A stretch of DNA of 64,000 bases, taken from sequence record NC_061441.1, one strand, 5' to 3'. The notes beneath the pieces are model-generated. The model saw only the letters and a program-made list of their open reading frames with translations, made no database searches and was not told the origin of the DNA. Both the position numbers and the translations under genes were made by a program. Positions 54,695-63,857 of this stretch are shown here, in pieces (the stretch's first letter is position 1; the number at the start of each line of letters is the position of its first letter).

Positions 54695-56605
54695 CTAGCT
54701 GGCGATTGGGTCTTTGTTGACAGGATAATCTTCCACCATGTCGATTACGCGATTGAACAGCTTAGGCGCCATATCTTTCACATGTTCGGCATAGTCAAAG
54801 AGGTTTTGTTTACGCGCACGGTTCACACGGACCTGACGCACTTCATCAGGGCTATTGGTGATATCGTACAGCGTATAGACCACGATGTTATCAGAGGCGT
54901 TGTGCGTACTAACACGGACGATAACCCAATCACGATTGAGTTTGGCATCTGCTCTGAATCGCAGCACGTCACCTTCCTCCGCTTCTTCTGCGCGAGCATT
55001 AGGAGTGGATTTGTTGGCGGCAGCAATCTTCTTCGCAGTCTCTTTAGCTTCGGCCTCTGCGGCAGCAACGTCAGAGTCTTGGTCTTCCTCTGCGTCATTC
55101 TCATCTACCGCGTCAGTGGCGTCGGCTTCTGGGTCATCATCGGAGGCTTCGTCGTCTTCTGCTCCAGAATCTTCTGAGTCAGCTCCTTCGTCGTCAGCGC
55201 CTTCATCATCCACGGATTCGGAATCATCGTCGGCAGTGTCGTCCTCATTTGATTCATCATCAACATCTGGATCGCTATCGTCAACGTCTTCTTCTGCATC
55301 TGGGTCTTCCTCTTCCTCTTCACCGTCAGTAGAGTCTTCTTCCTCTTCTTCTGGTGCAGGCTTAGCAGGCTTGGCGCCTTTCTTAGGACGCACTTTAGGC
55401 GGCGGAGTATCTTCTTCGTCGTCTTCTGGTTCATCAATATCAGAAAGGTCGAGCGCAGGTTCTTCGTGGTCTTCTGAATCATCACCACCAAACAGCGAAC
55501 CTACAGAATCTTCGATGTTGAACATGTCGCCTGCAAACGGGCTGCGAGATAACACGTCTTCGAGTTTCTGCTCATCGAAGTCCAGATCGATTTCGACTTC
55601 TTCAATCGCATCGTCCAGTTCTTCGTGCTCGATGACACGCACACGCTTACCACGTTTGTCGATACCATCTTCGTAGACAGTACGCACTTCTGCTTTAGGC
55701 GCTTCAATCTCACCAGACTTAACCTTACTACGCAGGTCTTTCATCTCGGCGGCACGGGCCTGTTGCTTCTTACGTGTTTCCTTCGCAAGCTCTTTGCGTT
55801 GCTGCTTCTGCTCAAGAATCTTCGCATTGTTGGCGAGGCGTACAGCTTCTTCCTCTTCCAGTTGCGAGCGCTTACGATGACGGCGCACCTGCTTGCGATA
55901 TGCTTTCAGCGTATCAATGTTCACTTCACCTTTCGGCCAATCATTGAATGGGAGAATGTTGGTGTCGTGAACAAGCAGATCGTATTGCGCGTCATCAATC
56001 TTAACGAACAGGCCTTCGGTGTTAATGACCACACCGCCTTTACCTTGCCGCAAGAAGCGTACACCGATCATGTCGTTTTTGTACAGCTTGAGCATACCCT
56101 TAGAAGTCTTAATAGGATATTCCATGCTCGGAACCATACGCCACTGATAGTTATCGAAGTTAACACCGTACACAGCCTCAGACTTCACAGACTTAGGCGA
56201 GAAGCGGGCAGCATCGAACTGCACACGATTGATTTGACGCTGCATGGTTTTAGCACCAGCAGTCTTCGTGCGCGTTTCACGTTGAACAACATCGGGGACC
56301 TTGCGCAGTTTGGAGCTACGCTCAATCAGGAACAGGCCTGTTGTTTTATCGAGAGGGAAGTCAACGTGAGGCATGTCGGCAAAGATTAATGTGTAGCGAC
56401 CGCCATTGCGCAGCGGGAGAATGCCGAAAGTATCTCCATCACGAATCATACGCTTATGAGTTCGTTGGGATACTTCCTTGCCGCGTGAACCTTTATACTT
56501 CATCCACGCGTACTTCGTTACTGCATCTTCATGAGATGCGGACACGGAAAGTATCATGTTCTTGTCTCTATGTTGTCTGTCACTCATTGAAATTAGCTTA
56601 CGCAA
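54695..56605 (-). CDS. Putative internal head protein with two shared N-terminal domains, coiled coil and acidic tract (likely start 56557)
   Basis: MILSVSA start; two copies of the shared domain; about 200-aa D/E-rich region; C-terminal SH3-like domain. Confidence 0.7.
   Translation of the reverse strand: MRKLISMSDRQHRDKNMILSVSASHEDAVTKYAWMKYKGSRGKEVSQRTHKRMIRDGDTFGILPLRNGGRYTLIFADMPHVDFPLDKTTGLFLIERSSKLRKVPDVVQRETRTKTAGAKTMQRQINRVQFDAARFSPKSVKSEAVYGVNFDNYQWRMVPSMEYPIKTSKGMLKLYKNDMIGVRFLRQGKGGVVINTEGLFVKIDDAQYDLLVHDTNILPFNDWPKGEVNIDTLKAYRKQVRRHRKRSQLEEEEAVRLANNAKILEQKQQRKELAKETRKKQQARAAEMKDLRSKVKSGEIEAPKAEVRTVYEDGIDKRGKRVRVIEHEELDDAIEEVEIDLDFDEQKLEDVLSRSPFAGDMFNIEDSVGSLFGGDDSEDHEEPALDLSDIDEPEDDEEDTPPPKVRPKKGAKPAKPAPEEEEEDSTDGEEEEEDPDAEEDVDDSDPDVDDESNEDDTADDDSESVDDEGADDEGADSEDSGAEDDEASDDDPEADATDAVDENDAEEDQDSDVAAAEAEAKETAKKIAAANKSTPNARAEEAEEGDVLRFRADAKLNRDWVIVRVSTHNASDNIVVYTLYDITNSPDEVRQVRVNRARKQNLFDYAEHVKDMAPKLFNRVIDMVEDYPVNKDPIAS
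56590..56597 (-). promoter_or_regulatory. Putative late-promoter motif GCTAATTT
   Basis: Just downstream of a hairpin and 33 nt upstream of ATG 56557. Confidence 0.5.
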
Positions 56606-56607
56606 GG

Positions 56608-56633
56608 TAAAGCGGGGATTAACCCCCGCTTAA
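56608..56633 (-). terminator. Hairpin/terminator overlapping the stop of the 1395-aa gene
   Basis: AAGCGGGG-loop-CCCCGCTT; short T-tract only. Confidence 0.6.
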
Positions 56634-59600
56634 ATACCCTCTTGCAGCACATGACATAGAGCCACAAGATTCTTCGCACACGGTGATTTGTGCCCACGTC
56701 CAGTAACCGTTAGGCTGCTGAATCGCATACACCACAGACGGGTCAAAGCCCCAGACCTGCGTAGCATTTTGAAGTGCCAGCAATTCTGTTTCGAAATAAC
56801 CTTCTTCGAGTGGCTTATCAATTGAACCGTGGTTAGGCTCAACAGTCCAGGCCTCAACTACAGGCGCAACAACAGCATATGACTTGTTGTTATCTGCTTT
56901 ACGTGACGTCCTAATCTCGACTGAAATAGGAGGACGTGTTGCAGGTGCGCCAGGAGTACGCGCAACAGGAATGATTCTCGGTGCCTTGATAAGATCTGGC
57001 TCAAGTACATCCGTGTCGATTCGTGGAGCACTTTGAATGAACTTACCTTCTATCAGATGCAGATAGACAGTAGGTGCATCCTTAGCAGACGGCTTCGCAA
57101 CGTCAACAGGAGCAGCAATCAGCTTGAGTTGTTCGAACTCACCAGCAGCAGGACTCACAGGGTACTTAACAATATGCTCCATACGCACAGGCGTAGCTGG
57201 GTCATAGTGATAGATCTGTGAAGGCTTCAACCAACGAGTGAACGGGATCTCAGGCATGAACAGCACGGCCGGATGGTAGTCAGGATCGACATACTTCGCG
57301 GTCATCGTCTTGGCTTTATATGTCACATAAGCAGGGCGCCATAGAGGACGCGCCCAACCCACATGATAAACAGCAGACGGTTCGATATACTGCGGACCAA
57401 ATGCGTCTGGATGGAACAGTCCACCGAGATTAGCCTGACGCGGCTCTGTCATGCCTTGCTGGAACAGGCCACCAGCATCTACCTTCTTGACCTCAAGTGC
57501 TTCTACTGGATAGATGCCTTTCGTGTCGGAGAATCGCGGCAGAATTTGGTCAGACTTCGTTTTAACACCGGTGCGGTATACAGGACCTCGAAGATCGAAA
57601 TACTGTGGCGCATCGTCCATGTGCTCAACAAAGTTGTTGATGAACGTGTCATTGACAGTAGCAACATCTGTAGCGAAGGTCGGCCAGAACCAATCAGAAA
57701 CAACATCATCGCCAACAGTCGCTTCAAACAACGGGAAGTCCGTTGCAGTATCGACTTGTCCTTGCGTCAGCTCAAACAAAGGGAACGTGGCAGTCGCTGC
57801 ACCTTCGTTCGTACCGATGAAAGCAGGAAGAGGTGTAGTGACAACAACATCCTTCTGACCCTCAGTGAGTTCAAACAGAGGGAAGTTATCGGACGCAAGT
57901 GCTGGTGCTTCTGTCAGTTCAAACAGAGGGAAGCGGTCGTAGATGATATCCGAACGGTCAATCAAATCGGCCATGCGGAAGTTATCCACAAAGTCCTTAT
58001 GACCAGTATCGAAGTCATTCCCTTTGATGACCTGCACAACGTCACGATCACCAGTAGCAATCACACGGTCGGCAGCAACCACAGCGTGGGCAGCAGCGTC
58101 TTCGAAGTCAAGCCACTGTAGTTGAACGTCCAGTTCTGGGTCGTACACAGGCGTGAGGACAATGTTCTGGTCAGACGCAGCAACATAGGTCTTAGCATCG
58201 AACACAGACACTGCATCGGTGGTAGCGTCCAGATATGACACGCCAAACAACTGAACAGAGTCAGTGCCATACGCCGCGTACGTGGGATCGACAGTCATGT
58301 TGTACAGCCAGCCAACTGACGCATCACCAAACTTCAACGAGTGAGGTTGATTCTGCGAAGGCAGGCCGTAGATCTTGAGCATCGTGTCTGCACATTCGAA
58401 CGGACCTACTACAAGGCCTTGCTCTTTGTACACACCACGACTATCAAGCTCTTGTTCAACCCGCACACCATCAATGTCCAGCAGCATACCCGCAGGAATC
58501 GTGAAGTACGTCCAGAAGTTATCTGGAATGTTGTCGATGAAGAACGTACCGCTATCGCCCATGACATAACGTTCAGCACGTTTAGCAGCAGGTGTCGTGC
58601 CCAGCCATTGCCTATCTGCCCACACATACCATTCATAAGTGAACTGGTCTGAATGGAACTTAACGGCATACTGCTTGTTCTCTTTAGGCGTGAACTTAAT
58701 GCTGGTGGTCGCACCTACTGCCAGAGTAATCGTCTGCGTACCGTTCGGGAATACAGCATCGGTATCAGTGATTGTCAGGACGAGAGGGATGGTGCCTGTG
58801 TTCTTCATCACATCGGACTGGACTTCTTTGCCAACAGGCACGTATGCCCAGTGACGTCCAACATCCAATTGCGCTTCGACGATAGTGAACACGCTGAAAC
58901 GAGAAGTGCCTTGTCCTACATCAACATCAATGCGTGACGTGTCGTTCTCATGCAGAATCTCAAAGCCGAGTGTCTGATTGTTACGGATAAGCACAGGCAT
59001 TGCTGTCTCTACACCGTTAACGAAGATCTTCACACGGTCGTAATCTTCCACACCATCGACAAACACTTTCACAGGAACGGACACGTTGATGCCAGTGATG
59101 GCTACGTCTTCCGTACGGTTCCATGTGTCATTATCAACACCAACGATGTTCTGCCACGAGAAAGCATTAGGCGTATCGTCAGCTTTCATCTCAAACTGGT
59201 AGACAGTATGACCGATTGTAATCGGGAACGATGAGCTGGTGATGTACTCATGGCTTAACGTGATAGTGACTTCCTGCCCATCATACACTTTGGTCACAGG
59301 CACGGTCGTAACCGTAGTGACCTCTTTACCGTCTACGATATCAGTCGTGGTGACGTCAATCGTTGCAGCAACAGTAACGCCTGCAGGCGCAGTGATAGGC
59401 AGAGGGATATCAGGGTCGCCAGCATCGACGAGAACCTTGAACTTGACAGTCGGACCAAGCTGGACAGAAGACAAGTCAGGCCACACGATATCGTAATTGC
59501 GAATCGCCAAATGCTTTAAGCCAGTAGTTGGTCGCGCAACGTAATAGAACAGGCGATCATACGTGTCGGCTTGAGTGTACGGCGGGGTGATGAGTTCGAT

Positions 59601-60806
59601 GTAGGGCCAACCAGAACGAGTCTGCGTAGGCGTTTCAGCAGATGCGAAGTTGAACAGTGCGTTACTACCGTTCGTGTCCATACCTGAAACGAGCTTACCA
59701 CCCTTATCAGTCCATGCAGCAGTCGTGTTAAACACAACGAGGTCGTTAGCGACAAGTGGACGAGCCGCTACGTTCTGAACGTTGTCACGCAGGTTGAACT
59801 GATAAATGTTTGTACCGTCATGACCGAGCACCAACAATGAACTCGGAACGAACTGGTACCAGAAGACAGACGCAGGAGCAGCGGCAGTGTTACCGCCCAC
59901 CAGCTTACCGTCCAATGTTGACAGCACATCGTAGCTGTCGGAGCCGTTAACGTAGAATTGGTCTGACTTAACAGAAGTCTCTACGAAAGATGCGTTAAGG
60001 TAATGCGCACGGCCATCTTTATCGAAAGCCACATAGCTATCGACTGTGTTTGTACCGACGCCAGCACGACGACAGATAACGCGATTGACTTCGTAGCCCA
60101 ACTGCTTAGGTTCACCGAACTGCGTCATCGCTTCATCGAGAACATCAACCTGACCAGACGTGTGGAAGACTACCGCGCTGCGTTTGTTGTTCGTGTCGTA
60201 ACTGACTTTATAGCCAGCGATATCAACGTCATCCATGCTACCGAACACTTTCGTATTCGAAGCATCGCCGTCAGTGTGCAGATAGTACAGTCGGCGGCCT
60301 TGGCGGTCATAGACGATAGATATTGGTTTGGTTAAATCAAAGAACGTACCTTCAAAGTCCGAGAACTTCGCTACGCTACTTTGCTGCATGTCCTGTGTGG
60401 TAGGGATGCGTACACCGCCACCAAGAACAAGACCACCATAGGTAGGATTGAGTGCGCCACCAAGTGGCATAGCATCCATACCCTGTGTGACTAAACGATA
60501 GTCCAGCTCTTTCGTCTGTGGACGGACAAAGATGCGAGACAGTGAATGCACAAGCACCCACGTATCACCGTCAAGATAATACAGCACAACAGGTTGCGTA
60601 GCAGCGGCAGAGACCGTTACGTTAGCGATAAGACTAACATCATAGTCAGAGCCTGAACTCGGCGTGATATCTTTCTCTGTGGAAGCATCAGCAAATGTCC
60701 CGCCGACAACACGGAACTTGAGTGCATCAGTATGGCCGTTAACTGAAACAGTACCAGACCAAGACTGCGCCCCCGTCGCTGATACGACAGGAATCATTTC
60801 AGCCAT
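56619..60806 (-). CDS. Very large virion structural/fibre protein (1395 aa)
   Basis: Beta-rich modular ORF with propeller/Ig-like segments, FPLFE repeats and a Cys-rich C-terminus; RBS GAGG. Confidence 0.7.
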   Translation of the reverse strand: MAEMIPVVSATGAQSWSGTVSVNGHTDALKFRVVGGTFADASTEKDITPSSGSDYDVSLIANVTVSAAATQPVVLYYLDGDTWVLVHSLSRIFVRPQTKELDYRLVTQGMDAMPLGGALNPTYGGLVLGGGVRIPTTQDMQQSSVAKFSDFEGTFFDLTKPISIVYDRQGRRLYYLHTDGDASNTKVFGSMDDVDIAGYKVSYDTNNKRSAVVFHTSGQVDVLDEAMTQFGEPKQLGYEVNRVICRRAGVGTNTVDSYVAFDKDGRAHYLNASFVETSVKSDQFYVNGSDSYDVLSTLDGKLVGGNTAAAPASVFWYQFVPSSLLVLGHDGTNIYQFNLRDNVQNVAARPLVANDLVVFNTTAAWTDKGGKLVSGMDTNGSNALFNFASAETPTQTRSGWPYIELITPPYTQADTYDRLFYYVARPTTGLKHLAIRNYDIVWPDLSSVQLGPTVKFKVLVDAGDPDIPLPITAPAGVTVAATIDVTTTDIVDGKEVTTVTTVPVTKVYDGQEVTITLSHEYITSSSFPITIGHTVYQFEMKADDTPNAFSWQNIVGVDNDTWNRTEDVAITGINVSVPVKVFVDGVEDYDRVKIFVNGVETAMPVLIRNNQTLGFEILHENDTSRIDVDVGQGTSRFSVFTIVEAQLDVGRHWAYVPVGKEVQSDVMKNTGTIPLVLTITDTDAVFPNGTQTITLAVGATTSIKFTPKENKQYAVKFHSDQFTYEWYVWADRQWLGTTPAAKRAERYVMGDSGTFFIDNIPDNFWTYFTIPAGMLLDIDGVRVEQELDSRGVYKEQGLVVGPFECADTMLKIYGLPSQNQPHSLKFGDASVGWLYNMTVDPTYAAYGTDSVQLFGVSYLDATTDAVSVFDAKTYVAASDQNIVLTPVYDPELDVQLQWLDFEDAAAHAVVAADRVIATGDRDVVQVIKGNDFDTGHKDFVDNFRMADLIDRSDIIYDRFPLFELTEAPALASDNFPLFELTEGQKDVVVTTPLPAFIGTNEGAATATFPLFELTQGQVDTATDFPLFEATVGDDVVSDWFWPTFATDVATVNDTFINNFVEHMDDAPQYFDLRGPVYRTGVKTKSDQILPRFSDTKGIYPVEALEVKKVDAGGLFQQGMTEPRQANLGGLFHPDAFGPQYIEPSAVYHVGWARPLWRPAYVTYKAKTMTAKYVDPDYHPAVLFMPEIPFTRWLKPSQIYHYDPATPVRMEHIVKYPVSPAAGEFEQLKLIAAPVDVAKPSAKDAPTVYLHLIEGKFIQSAPRIDTDVLEPDLIKAPRIIPVARTPGAPATRPPISVEIRTSRKADNNKSYAVVAPVVEAWTVEPNHGSIDKPLEEGYFETELLALQNATQVWGFDPSVVYAIQQPNGYWTWAQITVCEESCGSMSCAARGYLSGG

Positions 60807-60830
60807 TGTTCACCTCACGATGTAGAAACG

Positions 60831-60854
60831 AAAAAGGGCGGCCGAAGCCACCCT
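60831..60854 (-). terminator. Rho-independent terminator (C-UUCG-G loop)
   Basis: AGGGTGGC-TTCG-GCCGCCCT-TTTT. Confidence 0.85.
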
Positions 60855-60867
60855 GTGAGGAATAGGC

Positions 60868-62049
60868 TTAGCCGCCTGTTACTTCTGGTTCTTTGTAACC
60901 CTGCAGGAAGAAGATACGCATACCGGTGTTGTTCGGACTGTTAGCAGTCAGAGCTTTGTAGGTACGTTTCTTCGGCGTGCTGCCGTCATCTTCCATTTCG
61001 TTGTACACCTGCACGTCGATCAGAGTACCGTTGGAGATAACGTCAGAAGACGCATAACCCACGATATCCATTTCGTACGGATAGCTGTAACGCTGGGTAT
61101 TGAAGCCCGCAGGCAGACGGAAGTCGAAGTGGTTATCTTCGGAGAACGGAACCATCTGATACGGGTTGATAACCGCGTAGCTATCAGCACTGTGTACGTG
61201 CGCAGGTACTGGCAGAGTCGGTGCGTTCACATCAGACTCACGCACGGTGTAGCGCATGATCTGGAACGAGCCTGGGCTGTTAGTCGCAGGACGAACTTCC
61301 AGATCGTTGTTGATAGAACCACCGCCGTTGACAGAGAACATGCAGAACAGAGGGGCTTTACCATCGACGACAACAGATCCATCAGAGTTGATAGCACGTT
61401 GAACTACCAGCCATGCACCACGGCAACCATCAGAGTCACGACCTTCAACTGCGAGATGCAGAGCGAAGCCGTGCTCAGTCAGAGCGATGTGGTAGGTAAA
61501 CGGTGATGCTTCTGGGTCTGCCCAGATCAGGCTGTCTGGGTTCTGCTGACCTGCAGTGGCGTTGGTGGCGTTGGTTGGGTACGCCATGGTGCCGCCGTAA
61601 TAAACTGCGCCGTTGCTGTTTGGAATGCCGCGATGCCAGAAGCACACGTCATAGTCACCAGCAGTACCACCAGTGTTGCCATTAAAGCGAGCACCGACCT
61701 GACCTGCGTACTCCGCGAAAGAAGTACCGCCAACGGTAACAGTACCAGTCTTAGCGATAGTGCCTGTGTCAGAGATCTGCTCTGGAGCAGCAACGTACAG
61801 GTTGGTACGCTTATCAGTGACTTTACAGGCTACACGCCAGCGCTGTTTGCCTGCACCAGTACCAGCCAATGGATCGACAGTCGCAGTAGCTTCAATAACG
61901 AATGAAGCCAGATCAGTGGATGGAATCGTCGATGCGACGGTACCGTTAACGCTCACCAGCTGGAAACCATTATCCACCAAATCCTGAAGGATAGATTTCC
62001 ACATCTTGATGTTGCTGGTGAAGCCAGATTTCACAATCAGTTTGTTCAT
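60868..62049 (-). CDS. Abundant virion structural protein, paralogue 1 (393 aa)
   Basis: Very strong codon bias; aligns by eye with 62068..63054. Confidence 0.7.
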   Translation of the reverse strand: MNKLIVKSGFTSNIKMWKSILQDLVDNGFQLVSVNGTVASTIPSTDLASFVIEATATVDPLAGTGAGKQRWRVACKVTDKRTNLYVAAPEQISDTGTIAKTGTVTVGGTSFAEYAGQVGARFNGNTGGTAGDYDVCFWHRGIPNSNGAVYYGGTMAYPTNATNATAGQQNPDSLIWADPEASPFTYHIALTEHGFALHLAVEGRDSDGCRGAWLVVQRAINSDGSVVVDGKAPLFCMFSVNGGGSINNDLEVRPATNSPGSFQIMRYTVRESDVNAPTLPVPAHVHSADSYAVINPYQMVPFSEDNHFDFRLPAGFNTQRYSYPYEMDIVGYASSDVISNGTLIDVQVYNEMEDDGSTPKKRTYKALTANSPNNTGMRIFFLQGYKEPEVTGG

Positions 62050-62067
62050 GAGTCGTTATCCCCTTAA

Positions 62068-63054
62068 TTAAGCCGCGTCGCCAGTACCGATAGGAAGCAT
62101 CAGACGCATACCACGGTTGTCTTTACCGTTTGCGTTCATGCCCAGGTACTTGGTTTTGTTAGTCGCTTTCAGCGGGTTCAACTGTACTTCTGAACCAGCA
62201 GAGAGAACGTCAGCAGAGGTGTAACCCAGCATGTCCAGTGTAGCGAAGTACACATAGCGTTGGGTGTTAATCATCTGCGGGAACAGCACAATGGCGCGGT
62301 TACCTTCTGCAATCATAACCTGTTGGAGCGGGTTGATGATTGGCGCGGAGTCAGGAGTCGGCTGCACGGCAGACAGAGGAACTGTCGCACTGTAGATACC
62401 TGCTTCGATAACAGTGAAGCGCTGAATTGCTTCAGGCTTGATGGTATCAGGGTCGCCGGCCAGACCGCCACCACAGGAGAAGATGCAGAACAGTGGGCTA
62501 TGATCGCCTGGCTTGGTATCGCCAGTCTGTACGCCGCGCTGCGCAACGAACCAACTGAACGCAGTACCAGTGTTGTCGAAACCTTCTGCGTTGATGTGCA
62601 GAGCGATGCCGTGGTCGGTGGTGATGAAGTCATAGGTCAGCGGATATGCTGCCATGTCAGCGGTCGCGTCCATCTTCCAGTCAGCAACCAGATCGATGAA
62701 GCTGTTAGCAAGCAGGCCAGACTTGGACAGACGGCCGATTTCTACGGTAGCAGAACGCTTCGCCGCAGTGTAGTCGTTCTCACTCACCTGAAGGTCAGGC
62801 AGAACGTTGATTGACAGAGTTTTGGCCGTGTCGTCAGCTTTGAGGATGATACCCCATTGCTGTGTATCGAACAGCGGATCAACTGCATCAGAAGCCATCA
62901 GGTAGAATGCTTTACCATCTGGTTTGATCTGAGTACCAGCAGTACCATCGACTGCAACGAGTTCAAAACCCGCAGCAACCATTTTAGCCACCAGGTCACG
63001 GGTCAGAGCTTCCAGACCAATGATCTTAGTGGCAGTTACACGTTGAATAGCCAT
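62068..63054 (-). CDS. Abundant virion structural protein, paralogue 2 (328 aa)
   Basis: Shares GF.LV.V.G, T.HG.ALH...EG.D..G, PLFC.FS..GG, INP.Q, NTQRY.Y, .GY.S.DV.S.G, N.GMR with paralogue 1. Confidence 0.7.
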   Translation of the reverse strand: MAIQRVTATKIIGLEALTRDLVAKMVAAGFELVAVDGTAGTQIKPDGKAFYLMASDAVDPLFDTQQWGIILKADDTAKTLSINVLPDLQVSENDYTAAKRSATVEIGRLSKSGLLANSFIDLVADWKMDATADMAAYPLTYDFITTDHGIALHINAEGFDNTGTAFSWFVAQRGVQTGDTKPGDHSPLFCIFSCGGGLAGDPDTIKPEAIQRFTVIEAGIYSATVPLSAVQPTPDSAPIINPLQQVMIAEGNRAIVLFPQMINTQRYVYFATLDMLGYTSADVLSAGSEVQLNPLKATNKTKYLGMNANGKDNRGMRLMLPIGTGDAA

Positions 63055-63061
63055 AAGTTAA

Positions 63062-63847
63062 TCACTCCATTACCAGATAGGTTACAGTGAGTTTCGGTTT
63101 CGACGGCGAGGTGCCGATATTCTTCATACGCCACGAGATTGTAGGCGTGTTGTCCTTATTGGACAAGAAGCTGTATCGGCGCAGCTTACGAATGACAGGA
63201 TTGCCTTCGCTATCCACATCAGAGAACACGCCGTCATCTTCAAGAAAATTAGCAGTGGAGCGGAATAAATACGGATTTCTGTCGTCGCGTTGCGCTGTAG
63301 GGAATGCGGAGAGTTCCACATCAAACGCATTGAGTTGAACAGAAAGCAGCATCACGGTGCGGTTCATCTGCAAATCAAAATCAATCTGCTGACCAGGAGT
63401 AATGTACGAAGGTGATTCGTACTCCACAGTCTTACGCACACCAGCACTCTCATTGCCGCTCAAGTCGGCCCAGAACATTGTACCATTAGCGCCAGACACG
63501 AGGGTCATCCCTGCGTATTCAGGCTCAGGCACTTGTTTACTTGGGTCGAGGCCTACAACAGTCAGACCTGTCTCATCCACAGCAGTAACGAAAGGCGACT
63601 CGAACTTATACTCCGAGCCACCAAATTTCGCTTCTTCCCATGTCACGTTGTCTGCACCAAGCTGATACATCTTCTTGGTCTCGGTCACGTAACACAACAT
63701 CCCAGGCTTTTTATTACCTACGGACATTGTGTCACGCAACGCGAGTGTAGCAAGACAACGCATACCCCCACGAAGATAAACATCCTCGAGGAGGTATGGG
63801 AGAGCTGCGGATGCTGGTAACAGGAACGAAGTCATCATTACCGGCAT
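63062..63847 (-). CDS. Virion structural/fibre-associated protein (261 aa)
   Basis: N-terminal 'LRGG...LRD...GMLCYVTETKKMYQL' module common in phage fibre proteins; RBS GGAG. Confidence 0.65.
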   Translation of the reverse strand: MPVMMTSFLLPASAALPYLLEDVYLRGGMRCLATLALRDTMSVGNKKPGMLCYVTETKKMYQLGADNVTWEEAKFGGSEYKFESPFVTAVDETGLTVVGLDPSKQVPEPEYAGMTLVSGANGTMFWADLSGNESAGVRKTVEYESPSYITPGQQIDFDLQMNRTVMLLSVQLNAFDVELSAFPTAQRDDRNPYLFRSTANFLEDDGVFSDVDSEGNPVIRKLRRYSFLSNKDNTPTISWRMKNIGTSPSKPKLTVTYLVME

Positions 63848-63857
63848 CTTATTCTCC

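Noticed and set aside
54885-55676. Poly-Ser plus-strand ORFs (also 46070..46603)
   Set aside because: Reverse-complement of Asp/Glu codon runs in the acidic proteins.
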